IMG/VR virus record: IMGVR_UViG_3300020050_009209
DNA from: a virus
Taxonomy: Duplodnaviria > Caudoviricetes
Reading direction: 5' to 3' (one strand)
Length of the DNA stretch: 64,000 bases
Each line of letters starts with the position of its first letter. The stretch's first letter is position 1. This document shows, one piece after another, positions 28,462 to 37,818 of the stretch. The position numbers were made by a program, and so were the translations under genes. The notes under the pieces were generated by a model that was not told where the DNA came from, did not search any database, and was given only the letters and a program-made list of their open reading frames with translations.

Positions 28462-28790
28462 GGCGAGACATTTCAGCGGACCCGAAAGCCACCCACTACT
28501 GCAAGTATTGTGGGTTAACAATGCAACCCGACGACGTGATCGAGTGCCCGGTGTGCGACGGTGACTTGTGTGATCCGAAAAAGCGCGAACCTGGTAAGGC
28601 GGCAACTACCTACCAGAGCAGGTACGAGGATGTTCAACGAGCAATTCAAACCCCGGAGGATGCACTCCAGAAGGCTCAGGAGTGCCTTCCGAGTTTGAAG
28701 GGCGCAAGTGTAGATAACCTTGCGGATGTGCAAGCCGCTCTTGTCACCTTAGCTCGCAAGGTGCTAGAGTTAGAGTACGAGTGGAGTTAA
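28458..28790 (+). CDS. Zn-ribbon hypothetical protein
   Basis: CKYCG...CPVCD; ATGA overlap with the previous gene. Confidence 0.55.
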   Translation: MRRDISADPKATHYCKYCGLTMQPDDVIECPVCDGDLCDPKKREPGKAATTYQSRYEDVQRAIQTPEDALQKAQECLPSLKGASVDNLADVQAALVTLARKVLELEYEWS

Positions 28791-28791
28791 G

Positions 28792-28980
28792 ATGCCAACC
28801 TACGAATACATTTGTACGTCTTGTGAGAAGGAGTGGGAGCAATTCCAGTCTATTACTGAGCCTCCCACACAGGAGTGCTTACACTGTCAAGCACCTACTG
28901 CGAAGAGGGTGATTAGTAAGGGCACTGGGTTCCAGCTTATGGGTAAGGGTTGGGCAGCTGACAACTACTCAAAGGATTGA
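28792..28980 (+). CDS. FmdB family Zn-ribbon protein
   Basis: MPTYEYICTSC...CLHC...KRVIS..GFQLMGKGW. Confidence 0.85.
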   Translation: MPTYEYICTSCEKEWEQFQSITEPPTQECLHCQAPTAKRVISKGTGFQLMGKGWAADNYSKD

Positions 28981-28983
28981 AGA

Positions 28984-29187
28984 ATGGAACAACCCCCGCT
29001 AATGTGCCCCAAGCACCCTGAGGAAGGACTCCTCAGGGAAGAGTATGGACCTGATGGTCGAACAGGGTTTTGCCTTAAGTGCTTACAGCATTACAAGCTC
29101 TGTGACGTTTGTCTGTACACGAGTATATGCCAGGACCTTCTAGGTCACCCTGGTGAGCATGTTGATCGTCGGGGGATCAGATGGTAA
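28984..29187 (+). CDS. Cys/His-rich hypothetical protein
   Basis: CPKH, CLKC, CDVC. Confidence 0.5.
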   Translation: MEQPPLMCPKHPEEGLLREEYGPDGRTGFCLKCLQHYKLCDVCLYTSICQDLLGHPGEHVDRRGIRW

Positions 29188-29642
29188 TCGAGTTCTACAG
29201 CCCCACCAATGCCTATGGGGCCTTTTCCAACTTCTCTAAGCACGCAGTGAGGCTTGACGGGAAGACTTGGCCTACGTCGGAGCATTACTTTCAGGCGATG
29301 AAGTTTGAGGGTACTCCAGTCGAAAGTACAGTACGGAAGGCCTATAGCGCTGGGGAAGCTGCTAGGATTGGCCGGGACCGAAGTAACCCACTCCGTAAAG
29401 ACTGGGAGGCAGTCAAGGATAACGTTATGCGGAAAGCTGTCTACGCTAAGTTTACACAGCATGACGATCTTCGTGAGCTTCTACTCTCTACTGGAGACCG
29501 AAAGCTTGTTGAGCACACTGAGAGGGATAGCTACTGGGGAGACGGTGGTGATGGTTCTGGGAAGAACATGCTGGGGGTAATCCTGATGGAGACCCGAACT
29601 CGCATTAGAATTAGGACCAACGCACACACACTTGAAGAGTGA
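29181..29642 (+). CDS. NADAR (YbiA) family protein
   Basis: FSNF...WPTSEHYFQAMKF...RKDWEAVKDNVMRKAVYAKFTQH...LLLSTGDRKLVEH..DSYWGDG..G.GKNMLG.ILME.R. Confidence 0.95.
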   Translation: MVIEFYSPTNAYGAFSNFSKHAVRLDGKTWPTSEHYFQAMKFEGTPVESTVRKAYSAGEAARIGRDRSNPLRKDWEAVKDNVMRKAVYAKFTQHDDLRELLLSTGDRKLVEHTERDSYWGDGGDGSGKNMLGVILMETRTRIRIRTNAHTLEE

Positions 29643-29769
29643 GCGTTACGGGTACGGAAGCTATGGAGCTAGACTTCCTTGAGTCTGGAGTCCCACCAAG
29701 GAGACTTTTGCACTAGACTTTGGACTTCGCTTGGGGTATGTGTGATGGTAACTTTCACGAGGAGATGAG

Positions 29770-30111
29770 ATGACTACAGAAGCTACAGTAACTGAAGAAG
29801 AAGTTCCGACCCAGAAGAAGGTCCTGACGATTGAGGACCCTATTGACGAGGAGACCTTGGAACGTTTCAAGACCCTCCAGGGGGTTCGGATGCAGTGTGC
29901 GGAGCGCCTTTTGGATCTAGAGCAGGAGAAGGTTCGCACCCTCCGTATGGCAGCTGGAATTGACCAGGATCGCCAGAAGGTTTTTGAGGCTCAGTTGGTA
30001 GCTCGCGGGCTTCCCCCTAACTTCCCTGTCGAGATTGATGCTACCACTGGGAAGATTACTCCCGTGGGCCAAGTCGAACAGGTTGTTGAGGCTGTTGACC
30101 AGCCCTCCTGA
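29770..30111 (+). CDS. Hypothetical protein
   Basis: 113-aa ORF with RBS GGAG. Confidence 0.55.
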   Translation: MTTEATVTEEEVPTQKKVLTIEDPIDEETLERFKTLQGVRMQCAERLLDLEQEKVRTLRMAAGIDQDRQKVFEAQLVARGLPPNFPVEIDATTGKITPVGQVEQVVEAVDQPS

Positions 30112-30135
30112 AGTTTGAAGTGAAGTGAGACCTAG

Positions 30136-30167
30136 AGGGGGAGTGAGCCAACGGCTTACTCCCCTTT
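30136..30167 (+). terminator. Intrinsic terminator, overlapping a late-promoter-like motif
   Basis: AGGGGGAGTGAGCC-AAC-GGCTTACTCCCCTTT followed by CTACTTAT-N14-ATG. Confidence 0.7.
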
Positions 30168-30189
30168 CTACTTATGCCCTGTACCAAGT

Positions 30190-31605
30190 ATGGTAGGGCA
30201 AAGAGATCGGACCCCTCAGCTACTGGAGATGACGAAGCTCCCGTGGCCAGCACCTCCACTAAACATCTTCATGTTAGATGGTACGAGAGGGACTATAGAC
30301 CTCCGTTGGGATGACCCCTCTATACTGACGTTGAATAGTGGGTTTCAGTTACTTGGGGTGAATGTCTACCGGTCGTTCGACTCTGAGTTTGGACCTTACC
30401 ATCGGATATCCGACCTACCCATTGGGGCAACCTTTTGGAGAGACCAGACAGACAACGAGTTGATTGTAGAGGAGGACGTATCCTCAAACTTCATCCTATT
30501 TGGAGCCTCTCGATCTGCAAGTGGGTCTGACGCGCCTAGGTATGTATTCAAGACCCTACGCTACCCCATTGTTAAAGCAGGTAGTGACAGAGGACTACCC
30601 ACAAACACTCCTGGAGATGTTCGAGTTTTCGTGGATGGGGTGGAGGCAAGAGTTCTTCGGGTAAGTGGAGCTACGGGAGAGGTTGAGATTGACGCTAACA
30701 TCTATACAGAGGTGGGCCGTCAGAAGACCATAGCCCCTATTTTGCCCACCACGACAAGCAGGGTAACGTGTACTTACCTTTACCCAAGGTCCGTCCTCAA
30801 GACAGACCTGAGTCAGCGTATCTTCTACCGCGTTACCACGGTAGGTATTCCTGTAAGTTGTAACCCAGCACTTGCCACGGCTCAAGACCTCGTGGAGACT
30901 CCACTAGAGCATGCTGCGGCTACGAATACGTTTGAGATAGAGAAGCTTGACTATATCTGGAGGGAAGCCATTCGACGAAATCGATGGATCCTTCAGCAGG
31001 GGGGAGAGAGAGCCAGCGTCTTCCTACGCAAGAATGTGGGCGTCCCTTGTACCTGTGTGTCCCCTCACCACAAGCAGCCAATCTCCGACTGTTACCTATG
31101 CTACGGGGTTGGAGTTGTTGGGGGCTATGAGGGGCCCTATCCAATCCTGATTGCACCGGATGATGCTGAGGTGGCTATTAGGCAGACAGAAGCAGGTCGA
31201 GTTCAAGGGCACACCTATGAGGTATGGACAGGACCCACCCCTCTTCTTAGCCATCGTGACTTCATCATGAAGGTCAATGGGGACAGGTATTCTATCGGCC
31301 CCGTACGGATGCCCTCTAACCGTGGTAACATCCTACAGCAACACTTCTCTATCTCGTCCTTCGATGACAAGGACATTCGATACAAGGTGCCTGTAGGTAA
31401 CCCTGTAAAGTACTCCGCTGTGCAGTTTGTTCCTTCGGGGCCAGAGTACGAAGCAAGTCAAGAAGTTACGAACAACCCTAATGTAGGGGATGAGCGTGAG
31501 CTTAAGGGGCGGACTTTGGCTTGGAAGAACACTAGTTACGGTATTCTACTTTTGCTTGGGTACTCCTTGTTGGAGGCCTCTCATGTCGTTTCTAGGATCG
31601 TGTAA
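30190..31605 (+). CDS. Putative neck/head-closure protein with FN3-like N-terminus
   Basis: IDLRWDDP...GVNVYRS; GGERASVFLRK..G.PCTC...C.LCYGVG..GGY; synteny. Confidence 0.6.
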   Translation: MVGQRDRTPQLLEMTKLPWPAPPLNIFMLDGTRGTIDLRWDDPSILTLNSGFQLLGVNVYRSFDSEFGPYHRISDLPIGATFWRDQTDNELIVEEDVSSNFILFGASRSASGSDAPRYVFKTLRYPIVKAGSDRGLPTNTPGDVRVFVDGVEARVLRVSGATGEVEIDANIYTEVGRQKTIAPILPTTTSRVTCTYLYPRSVLKTDLSQRIFYRVTTVGIPVSCNPALATAQDLVETPLEHAAATNTFEIEKLDYIWREAIRRNRWILQQGGERASVFLRKNVGVPCTCVSPHHKQPISDCYLCYGVGVVGGYEGPYPILIAPDDAEVAIRQTEAGRVQGHTYEVWTGPTPLLSHRDFIMKVNGDRYSIGPVRMPSNRGNILQQHFSISSFDDKDIRYKVPVGNPVKYSAVQFVPSGPEYEASQEVTNNPNVGDERELKGRTLAWKNTSYGILLLLGYSLLEASHVVSRIV

Positions 31606-32642
31606 AGTATGTGGTAAGCTTCTGCGTAGCTATCGTGGAGTAGCAAGTCATTTGAGACCAGATAGAGTGAATGCAGCGCACGGACCATTACGCGAAGAGT
31701 GGCTTCGATGGAGAGATACCTATCGAGTAGTATTGAAATGTCGAAAGTGTGGGGTACCCTGGGAGGTTAATTCAAAGTCCGAGAGTAACAGAAAACGTTG
31801 CCCCTCTTGTTGTCAACTTCGTAGGAGTTTGGGTAAGCTGGGGTACGAAAAACATGACATCTCACCACCACCTCCTAAGCTAGACCCCCACTAAGTCATC
31901 GTTTTGTTGGCAGAGGGGGGATCCTACTTACCTAGAAATTGAATCCGGTCTGTGGCGAGAAGACACCACGGTCCGTAGTCTTTTGAGGGATCTCAGTCTA
32001 ACCTACATCGCCTTTCGTGCTATAGCTGAGGATATTCTTGGTTTGGTTGGATATCAAGAGTGGGCTAGAGCTAGGAGGCTAGAAGTTACCAAGAAAGCTT
32101 ACACCGCAGCACGAAAGGCCTACTCTAGCTTAACACCAGAGGGGAAGGCAAAGAGGCGTAGTGCGATGGCTAACCGCCCCACCCTTCTTGAGCTTGGCAT
32201 GGTTGATCAACTCCGTGCTCAAGGGGTTAACTCTTTGGAGCTTAACGTCTGGCAGTCAGTTCCCATAAGGGGACAGATGGTTCCGCGAGAAGCAGACATT
32301 AAGATCTCTATTGGAGGTGGTCGAAAAGTGGTTGTATTGTGTGATGGGGAAGCTTTTCATGGGCCCCGCATGATTTTCGGGAACCCTCAAGATCGTATTC
32401 TTGCTGACACTGAGACTGCTGAGGCTTACTACGCTTTGGGCTATAGCGTCGTACGGTATTCGGAGACGGAGATTAAGTCTGGGGTTGCAGTAAAGCACAT
32501 GCTGGATGTCCTCAAACGGTTAGACGGATGTAGAGCTATTTATCGAAACTGGTGCCCAAGTGAGGAGAGGGTCTCCTCTCCTAGTACCTTACACCTAATC
32601 CACTTATCCGTTGGAGCTGAGTATGACAAGCAAGCTAACTGA
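31583..32642 (+). pseudogene. Vsr/DUF559-like homing endonuclease split by a +1 frameshift at about 31885-31889
   Basis: GGAGG-ATG 31583; Zn fingers CKVC, CRKC, CPSC; GAC CCC CAC TAA, with the +1 frame open from 31884 into READIK...VLCDGEAFHG...YSVVRYSETE. Confidence 0.75.
32596..32607 (+). promoter_or_regulatory. Putative phage late promoter (TAATCCACTTAT)
   Basis: 15 nt before ATG 32623; recurring motif. Confidence 0.55.
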
Positions 32643-33135
32643 ATTCAAGAACGCAGTCCTCGTCCGCAACGTAGTGGCTCGTGTGTTGGAGGCTACTGAG
32701 TTTGACAGCCCTGAGGCACTCAAGAAGTACCTTCATGATCATCCAGACGCGGATAAGTCCAAGCACTCCGTGAAGAAGAAGGATGATGATGGGGAGTGGG
32801 ATCGAGCTGTTAGCAATGAGTCGGCTAGAGATAAAGCTAGAGAGAAAACTAAGCTAACCAACCAAAAAACCCTTGAGACGAGCAGTGGTGCATTAAAAGC
32901 TCTTAAGGGCTTACCTAAGGGCTGGTCGGATGAGTTAGGACTTGAGGGTCTTAGCAAGAAAATTGACAAGGTTAAGCCGGGGGAGGATACCACCGCAGTA
33001 GACCTTGAGCTAAAGTCAATAATGAAGTCGCTTAAGTACAATGCAGATAGCATTTTGAAGGATAAGGATTCTTCACCTGAAGAGAAGAAAGACGCAGAAA
33101 GTGCGTTGAAAGTCCACAAAAGTTTGACCCGCTAA
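32623..33135 (+). CDS. Lys/Asp-rich putative internal virion protein
   Basis: N-terminal VRNVVARVLEA followed by a charged domain. Confidence 0.5.
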   Translation: MTSKLTEFKNAVLVRNVVARVLEATEFDSPEALKKYLHDHPDADKSKHSVKKKDDDGEWDRAVSNESARDKAREKTKLTNQKTLETSSGALKALKGLPKGWSDELGLEGLSKKIDKVKPGEDTTAVDLELKSIMKSLKYNADSILKDKDSSPEEKKDAESALKVHKSLTR

Positions 33136-33151
33136 AAGGTAATTTCACCTC

Positions 33152-33649
33152 TTGTCCAACCTAGCTAAAGTATACGGGAAGCCCCTTGTCAAAGGGGTAG
33201 CTGCGACTCCTGAGCGGGCACTCAAGTTACTTAAGCAGGACATCCTACAGAGGGTCCGAGCCAAGCTACTTCAGTCTACGTTCTCGGACAGGGCCAAGAA
33301 GGCGTTCTCCAGGTCCTTGTCAGTCAAAATAGGCAGTTCTTCGCTTACTATCCGGTCCAGTCACCCAGCATTTATTCTCTTGTTGCGAGGGCAGCGTAAG
33401 GGTCAGATGACCTGGCTCGTGAAGGCTAGGGCTCCTATCCCTATCATTACGGACACAGGAGAGCTTATTTTCCGTACAGCCTCTGCAAGGTCCATGCTGA
33501 ATGGTAAGTGGATTCACCCAGGGAGGGGACCATTCGACTTTGTGGAGAAAGCTAAGGCAGAAGCCAAGGATAGGATTCGCAAGGGAATTATGGCAGAGAT
33601 ACGTAGGACTTTAGCTCAGTCCGCCAGACAGAATGGAAGAACTAGATGA
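33152..33649 (+). CDS. Basic putative neck/tail-completion-type protein
   Basis: K/R-rich; WIHPG..P.DFVEKA pattern; synteny. Confidence 0.5.
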   Translation: MSNLAKVYGKPLVKGVAATPERALKLLKQDILQRVRAKLLQSTFSDRAKKAFSRSLSVKIGSSSLTIRSSHPAFILLLRGQRKGQMTWLVKARAPIPIITDTGELIFRTASARSMLNGKWIHPGRGPFDFVEKAKAEAKDRIRKGIMAEIRRTLAQSARQNGRTR

Positions 33650-34287
33650 ACTTAGGTGATATCGTAGTGTGTGGTGTGACCGAAGACATCCTCTTGGATG
33701 ACATCAAGTTTGTGGTGCCCAAAGGAGAGGCTGTTACAGTGCCAGCGGACCTTGTTGTCAGGTCGACAGACTTGTACCGTCAACTGTCCGTAGGGGCCAT
33801 ATTCCAGTTGAATAAGAACAGCCGTGGGCTCCGACCGAACTCCCCACCAAAAGAAGAGCCCCTGGAGAGCCCTTCGCTACAGCCTGTAGTTATGGCAGCT
33901 CAGGTAGAGATTGAGGCCCTGAAGTCTGAGAATGCTCGACTTGCAGAGGAGAACAACGTCCTTCAAGAGAGGGTTTCCGTACTCACCCGAGAGTCCTCCC
34001 TGCTTAAGGACTCCTTAGGTATTGGTGAGAGGCTAGACCAGATGATGGCCATGTTGAAGAACGGGGTTGCACAAGGGCCCTCTGTACTTCGCACTTCGAA
34101 CCTTAATGGTGACTCATTTCCATCTTCGGAAGAGGCTCCAGTATTCATCCCATCCCAAATCAAAATGGATGATGTTGACACCTCTAGGTTGAGTACCCCT
34201 GAATCCACAGAAACTACCTCAGGAGCTGGGGTGTCTAGGGCCGCAAACGCACTACGTAAGTTGAAGGTAGAGAAGGATAAGTCATGA
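33646..34287 (+). CDS. Coiled-coil hypothetical protein
   Basis: EALKSENARLAEENNVLQERV; ATGA coupling. Confidence 0.55.
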   Translation: MNLGDIVVCGVTEDILLDDIKFVVPKGEAVTVPADLVVRSTDLYRQLSVGAIFQLNKNSRGLRPNSPPKEEPLESPSLQPVVMAAQVEIEALKSENARLAEENNVLQERVSVLTRESSLLKDSLGIGERLDQMMAMLKNGVAQGPSVLRTSNLNGDSFPSSEEAPVFIPSQIKMDDVDTSRLSTPESTETTSGAGVSRAANALRKLKVEKDKS

Positions 34288-34931
34288 CTATTAGAGACCG
34301 CATCGCCAAGTTAGTTCAGGTCACGGCAGCAGCAGCTATCCTTTGGAAGTACGTAGACGAAGACGGCAAGGACTTCTACCTAGCAGAGAAGAAGACTGGC
34401 ACCGTTCGTAGTCCTTACTCCGGGAAGAGCTTTACCGCCAAGCCTGAGAGGTCCTCTCTAGGGGATGTAAGCAAAGAGCAAAAGGAAGACGGGTCGAAGA
34501 CCAAGGGCTCCCTCTTCAAGTACACGGATGACGAGGGCAACGACTTCTATCTCCCAGAGAAGAAGACCAGCACGCTAAAGAGCCCTTACTCCGGAAAGAG
34601 CGTCACCCCTAAGGCGGAGAAGGCTACGTTGAGTGACGTAGGTAAGGACTTGAAAGAGAAGATTGCAAGCTCACCTATGCAGTGGGAGCTTGCCTCAGAC
34701 ATCCTCGCGAAGAAGGAATCCCACCCCGCGTTGAAGGTCCTCCAGGTCCAATACGCGAAGATCCTGGAGGGGTTGGAGGAGGCCGCTCAAAGGTCGGCAA
34801 GAATGAAGAAGGTAGGAGTGGGTACCACGGAAGACCCAACCTTTGTCATGGCTCATGTCGTACCTGAGATTCGTAAGCTTGGGGAGAAGGCTCTGCTTGT
34901 TGCGAAGCAGCTAGAGGAGAAGCTAGATTGA
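34284..34931 (+). CDS. Hypothetical protein with a tandemly duplicated ~55-aa domain
   Basis: KY.D..G.DFYL.EKKT.T..SPYSGKS.T.K.E...L.DV.K occurs twice. Confidence 0.65.
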   Translation: MTIRDRIAKLVQVTAAAAILWKYVDEDGKDFYLAEKKTGTVRSPYSGKSFTAKPERSSLGDVSKEQKEDGSKTKGSLFKYTDDEGNDFYLPEKKTSTLKSPYSGKSVTPKAEKATLSDVGKDLKEKIASSPMQWELASDILAKKESHPALKVLQVQYAKILEGLEEAAQRSARMKKVGVGTTEDPTFVMAHVVPEIRKLGEKALLVAKQLEEKLD

Positions 34932-34945
34932 AACCCACATCTAAA

Positions 34946-35236
34946 ATGTCTGATCTTCTGATTGTGGCCCAAGTGGTACGTCGCGTAGTAGGTGAGACTG
35001 GTAAGCTCAAGGAGACTCTAGTTGCATGGTGGGATCCTACACGTAAAAAGGGTGAACGCTTGACTTTATACAAAAAGGAATGGACTATACCGGGACGTGA
35101 CGTAAAAGTAACCTACTCCTATCGCGGGGGCGGTTGTAGCGGAGGCGTTCAGGCGAAGACTGACGAGGATGCAATCAAGTATGTCGAATCTGAGGTTGTT
35201 CCGATGCAGACCGGAAAGTTGCGGAGAGTTAAGTGA
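34946..35236 (+). CDS. Hypothetical protein
   Basis: ORF coupled to the next gene by a GTGA overlap. Confidence 0.5.
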   Translation: MSDLLIVAQVVRRVVGETGKLKETLVAWWDPTRKKGERLTLYKKEWTIPGRDVKVTYSYRGGGCSGGVQAKTDEDAIKYVESEVVPMQTGKLRRVK

Positions 35237-35856
35237 ACTGGAAAGTAGCAGCTGACGCCACTCAGGCGATCTGGCAAGACCCATCCTCTTATGACCCCTA
35301 CACTCAGGGGCCTCCGTACCTTCCGGAGAGCCCTTCCCGACGTACAGCGTCTCAGAGGGTTAGCTCTGAGTTTGGGTTGCCAGAGGCACTAGCGGCCCTT
35401 CGCGCCCTAGCTATGGTTCACCAAACGCACCACTGGCTTACTTCAGGTCCAGCCTTCTACGCAGACCACCTTCTCTTTGAACGTCTCTACGCGGATACGG
35501 TTGGGGAGATTGACAGCATCGCTGAGCGAGCTGTGGGAACTGGGGCTGCATCTGGTTCCATCCACCCCGTGGTTCAAGCACAACAAGTTCTGAGTGTGCT
35601 TGCGACCTGGAACCTCCAAGAAGACCCTAAGTCTTACATCGCTACCAGCCTTGTTGCGGAGCGATGGGTTCTTGCTCAGTTGAAGCAAGTCGTAGCGACG
35701 ATGAAGGCCTCAGGCGCTCTCTCGCGTGGTACCGATAACCTACTTGCAAGCATTGAAGATAAGCACGAAGAGCACGTTTACCTTCTTACTCAACGGAGTA
35801 AGGTTGGTCAGGTAAAAGGGGCTACGTCAGATCGTTGGAAGGTAAGTCCAGGCTGA
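35233..35856 (+). CDS. Dps/ferritin-like protein with N-terminal extension
   Basis: HQTHHWLTSGPAFYADHLLFERLY...EIDSIAERAVG ferroxidase-centre pattern. Confidence 0.85.
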   Translation: MNWKVAADATQAIWQDPSSYDPYTQGPPYLPESPSRRTASQRVSSEFGLPEALAALRALAMVHQTHHWLTSGPAFYADHLLFERLYADTVGEIDSIAERAVGTGAASGSIHPVVQAQQVLSVLATWNLQEDPKSYIATSLVAERWVLAQLKQVVATMKASGALSRGTDNLLASIEDKHEEHVYLLTQRSKVGQVKGATSDRWKVSPG

Positions 35857-35907
35857 GATCTTGAGGTAGGGTTGGGGTTCGATAAAGGTCTTATGCCCTG
35901 TTGTAGT

Positions 35908-36798
35908 ATGCCTCAAGAAAAACGAACATTCTCGAAGGAAGAGCTACAGTCTTTGCTGGATACCGACCCTAACATCACAATACAGAAAATGGGACTTATC
36001 CTGAGTTGTGGCAAGCAGACGTTGGCTAGAGAGTTGTCTAGGCATGGTCTTCGAACTAGAAAATGGGATGAACGCAAGCATACACTTGAGACTCGAACAA
36101 AGATTAGTCAGCAGCGCATTGAGAATGGCGTTGCTAAGGGTGAAAAAAATCCTAACTATGGCTCCAAGCCGAGACCATGGTTGGAGGGAGAAAATAGTTC
36201 TCTTCGTAAGTGGCATCAGGAGCACCCAGAGTTTGGAGTCAACCAACGTGGAGTTGAGAACCCCATACATAAGGTAAAGCATCTATACCAAGATCCTGCT
36301 TACGTTGCTAACATCACCCGTGGCATTCGAGCCCATGTCAAAAGTAAGACAGGTAGGAGCTACGAAGAGGTGTACGGGGCGAAGAAAGCCGCAGAGTATA
36401 AGGATAAGCTCAGGGCGGCCTCTCCAGGGAGGATGTCAAAGTTCAAGCGCAAGGTAACAAAGCCCGAGTTGATTGTCAGGGGTCTTCTTCAGGGGCTTGG
36501 AGCGTCGTTCGTGGAACAGGCCACCTTAGGTCCTTACACGGTGGATTTTCTTGTCCCTGATTTACGACTCGTGGTGCAGGCTGACGGGGATTATTGGCAT
36601 GCGAACCCAGAAGTGTACCCTAACGACGATAAACTATCCAAGTCTCAGCAGAAGCAGAGACGACTAGATGCCTCGTGTAACTCCCTCATTAAGAACAAGG
36701 GTTATGTGCTAATACGGTTGTGGGAAAGTGACTTACGTCAAAATCAGGAAAAGTGTGCAGAGATCCTATGTGAGGCTCTCAAAATGAGGAACAAATGA
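35908..36798 (+). mobile_element. Putative homing endonuclease, NUMOD3-like plus DUF559/Vsr-like domain
   Basis: KHTLETRTKIS, KGEKNPNYG; TKPE...YTVDF...VVQADGDYWH...LIRLWESD. Confidence 0.82.
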
Positions 36799-37811
36799 GT
36801 ACAGACCAGACATATTGTTATGGAGTTGGGATTGACTTGGGGACAATGAATATTTTGTCCGCTCGGCAGACAAAAGACAACAAGATCCATACCAAACGAG
36901 TAAGGGATGCGTTCATTGACTTGGACGGGGAGGCTAAAAAGGCCCTCAAAATGACGAAGGTCGAGTACGTCGAGAGGGATGGTCAGCTGATTGTCATTGG
37001 AGACTCAGCCTTGAACATGGCCAACCTCTTCAAGCGGGAGGTGCGTAGACCTCTCGCGAAAGGCGTTGTTGCAGCTGGGGAGTTCTTGGCTCAGGAAGTC
37101 TTGTCTTTGATGATCTTCCAAGTCCTACAGGAGCCCTTGGTCGAAGGGGAGCACTGTTATTACAGTATTCCTGCGGCACCTATTGACATCCCAGACCAGG
37201 ACGTCACTTACCACCGTGAGGTCTTCCGCAAGATCATCTCTGAGTTTGGTTACACCCCCCACCCGATGAACGAAGCTATGGCTATCATCTATAGCCAGTG
37301 TGCAGAAGAGCAGTTCTCTGGGCTATCGGTCAGCTTTGGCTCGGGCATGTGTAACGTAGCACTCGCCTATCAGACCATGATGGGTATGGAGTTCTCGATG
37401 GCTAGAGGTGGGGATTGGATTGATCTCCACGCGTCTAAAGCCACTGGAATGACAGCTTCCCGTATTTGCGCAATCAAAGAAAAAGGAGGTTTCAATCTTG
37501 CTAACCCACCGAAGAACAGTCGTGAGGCTGAAGCGATATCTCTCTACATTCGTAGTCTCATCAGCTACAGCCTGGAGAAGATCGCACACCAATTCCGTAG
37601 GGACGCAGGGAAGATGGAACTCTCGGACCCCATCCCATTCATAGTGTCAGGTGGGACCACGAAGGCGGAGGGCTTCATGGATATCTTCAAAGAGGAGTTT
37701 GAAGCCATGAAGAAGAAGGGTTTCCCAATCCAAATCTCCGAGGTTCGACAGGCGAAGGACCCTATGACGGCAGTAGCAGAAGGCCTTCTTGTACTAGCGA
37801 TGCAAGAGTGA
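36795..37811 (+). CDS. Actin-like ATPase (MreB/MamK/ParM superfamily)
   Basis: Phosphate-1 GIDLGTMN; RRPLAKG; connect-1 NEAMA; phosphate-2 SFGSGMCN; ARGGDWID; adenosine VSGGT; connect-2 AVAEG. Confidence 0.88.
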   Translation: MSTDQTYCYGVGIDLGTMNILSARQTKDNKIHTKRVRDAFIDLDGEAKKALKMTKVEYVERDGQLIVIGDSALNMANLFKREVRRPLAKGVVAAGEFLAQEVLSLMIFQVLQEPLVEGEHCYYSIPAAPIDIPDQDVTYHREVFRKIISEFGYTPHPMNEAMAIIYSQCAEEQFSGLSVSFGSGMCNVALAYQTMMGMEFSMARGGDWIDLHASKATGMTASRICAIKEKGGFNLANPPKNSREAEAISLYIRSLISYSLEKIAHQFRRDAGKMELSDPIPFIVSGGTTKAEGFMDIFKEEFEAMKKKGFPIQISEVRQAKDPMTAVAEGLLVLAMQE

Positions 37812-37818
37812 GGATTTC

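Noticed and set aside
36795-37811. ParMRC partition system
   Set aside because: No adjacent small adaptor gene or iterated centromere-like repeats
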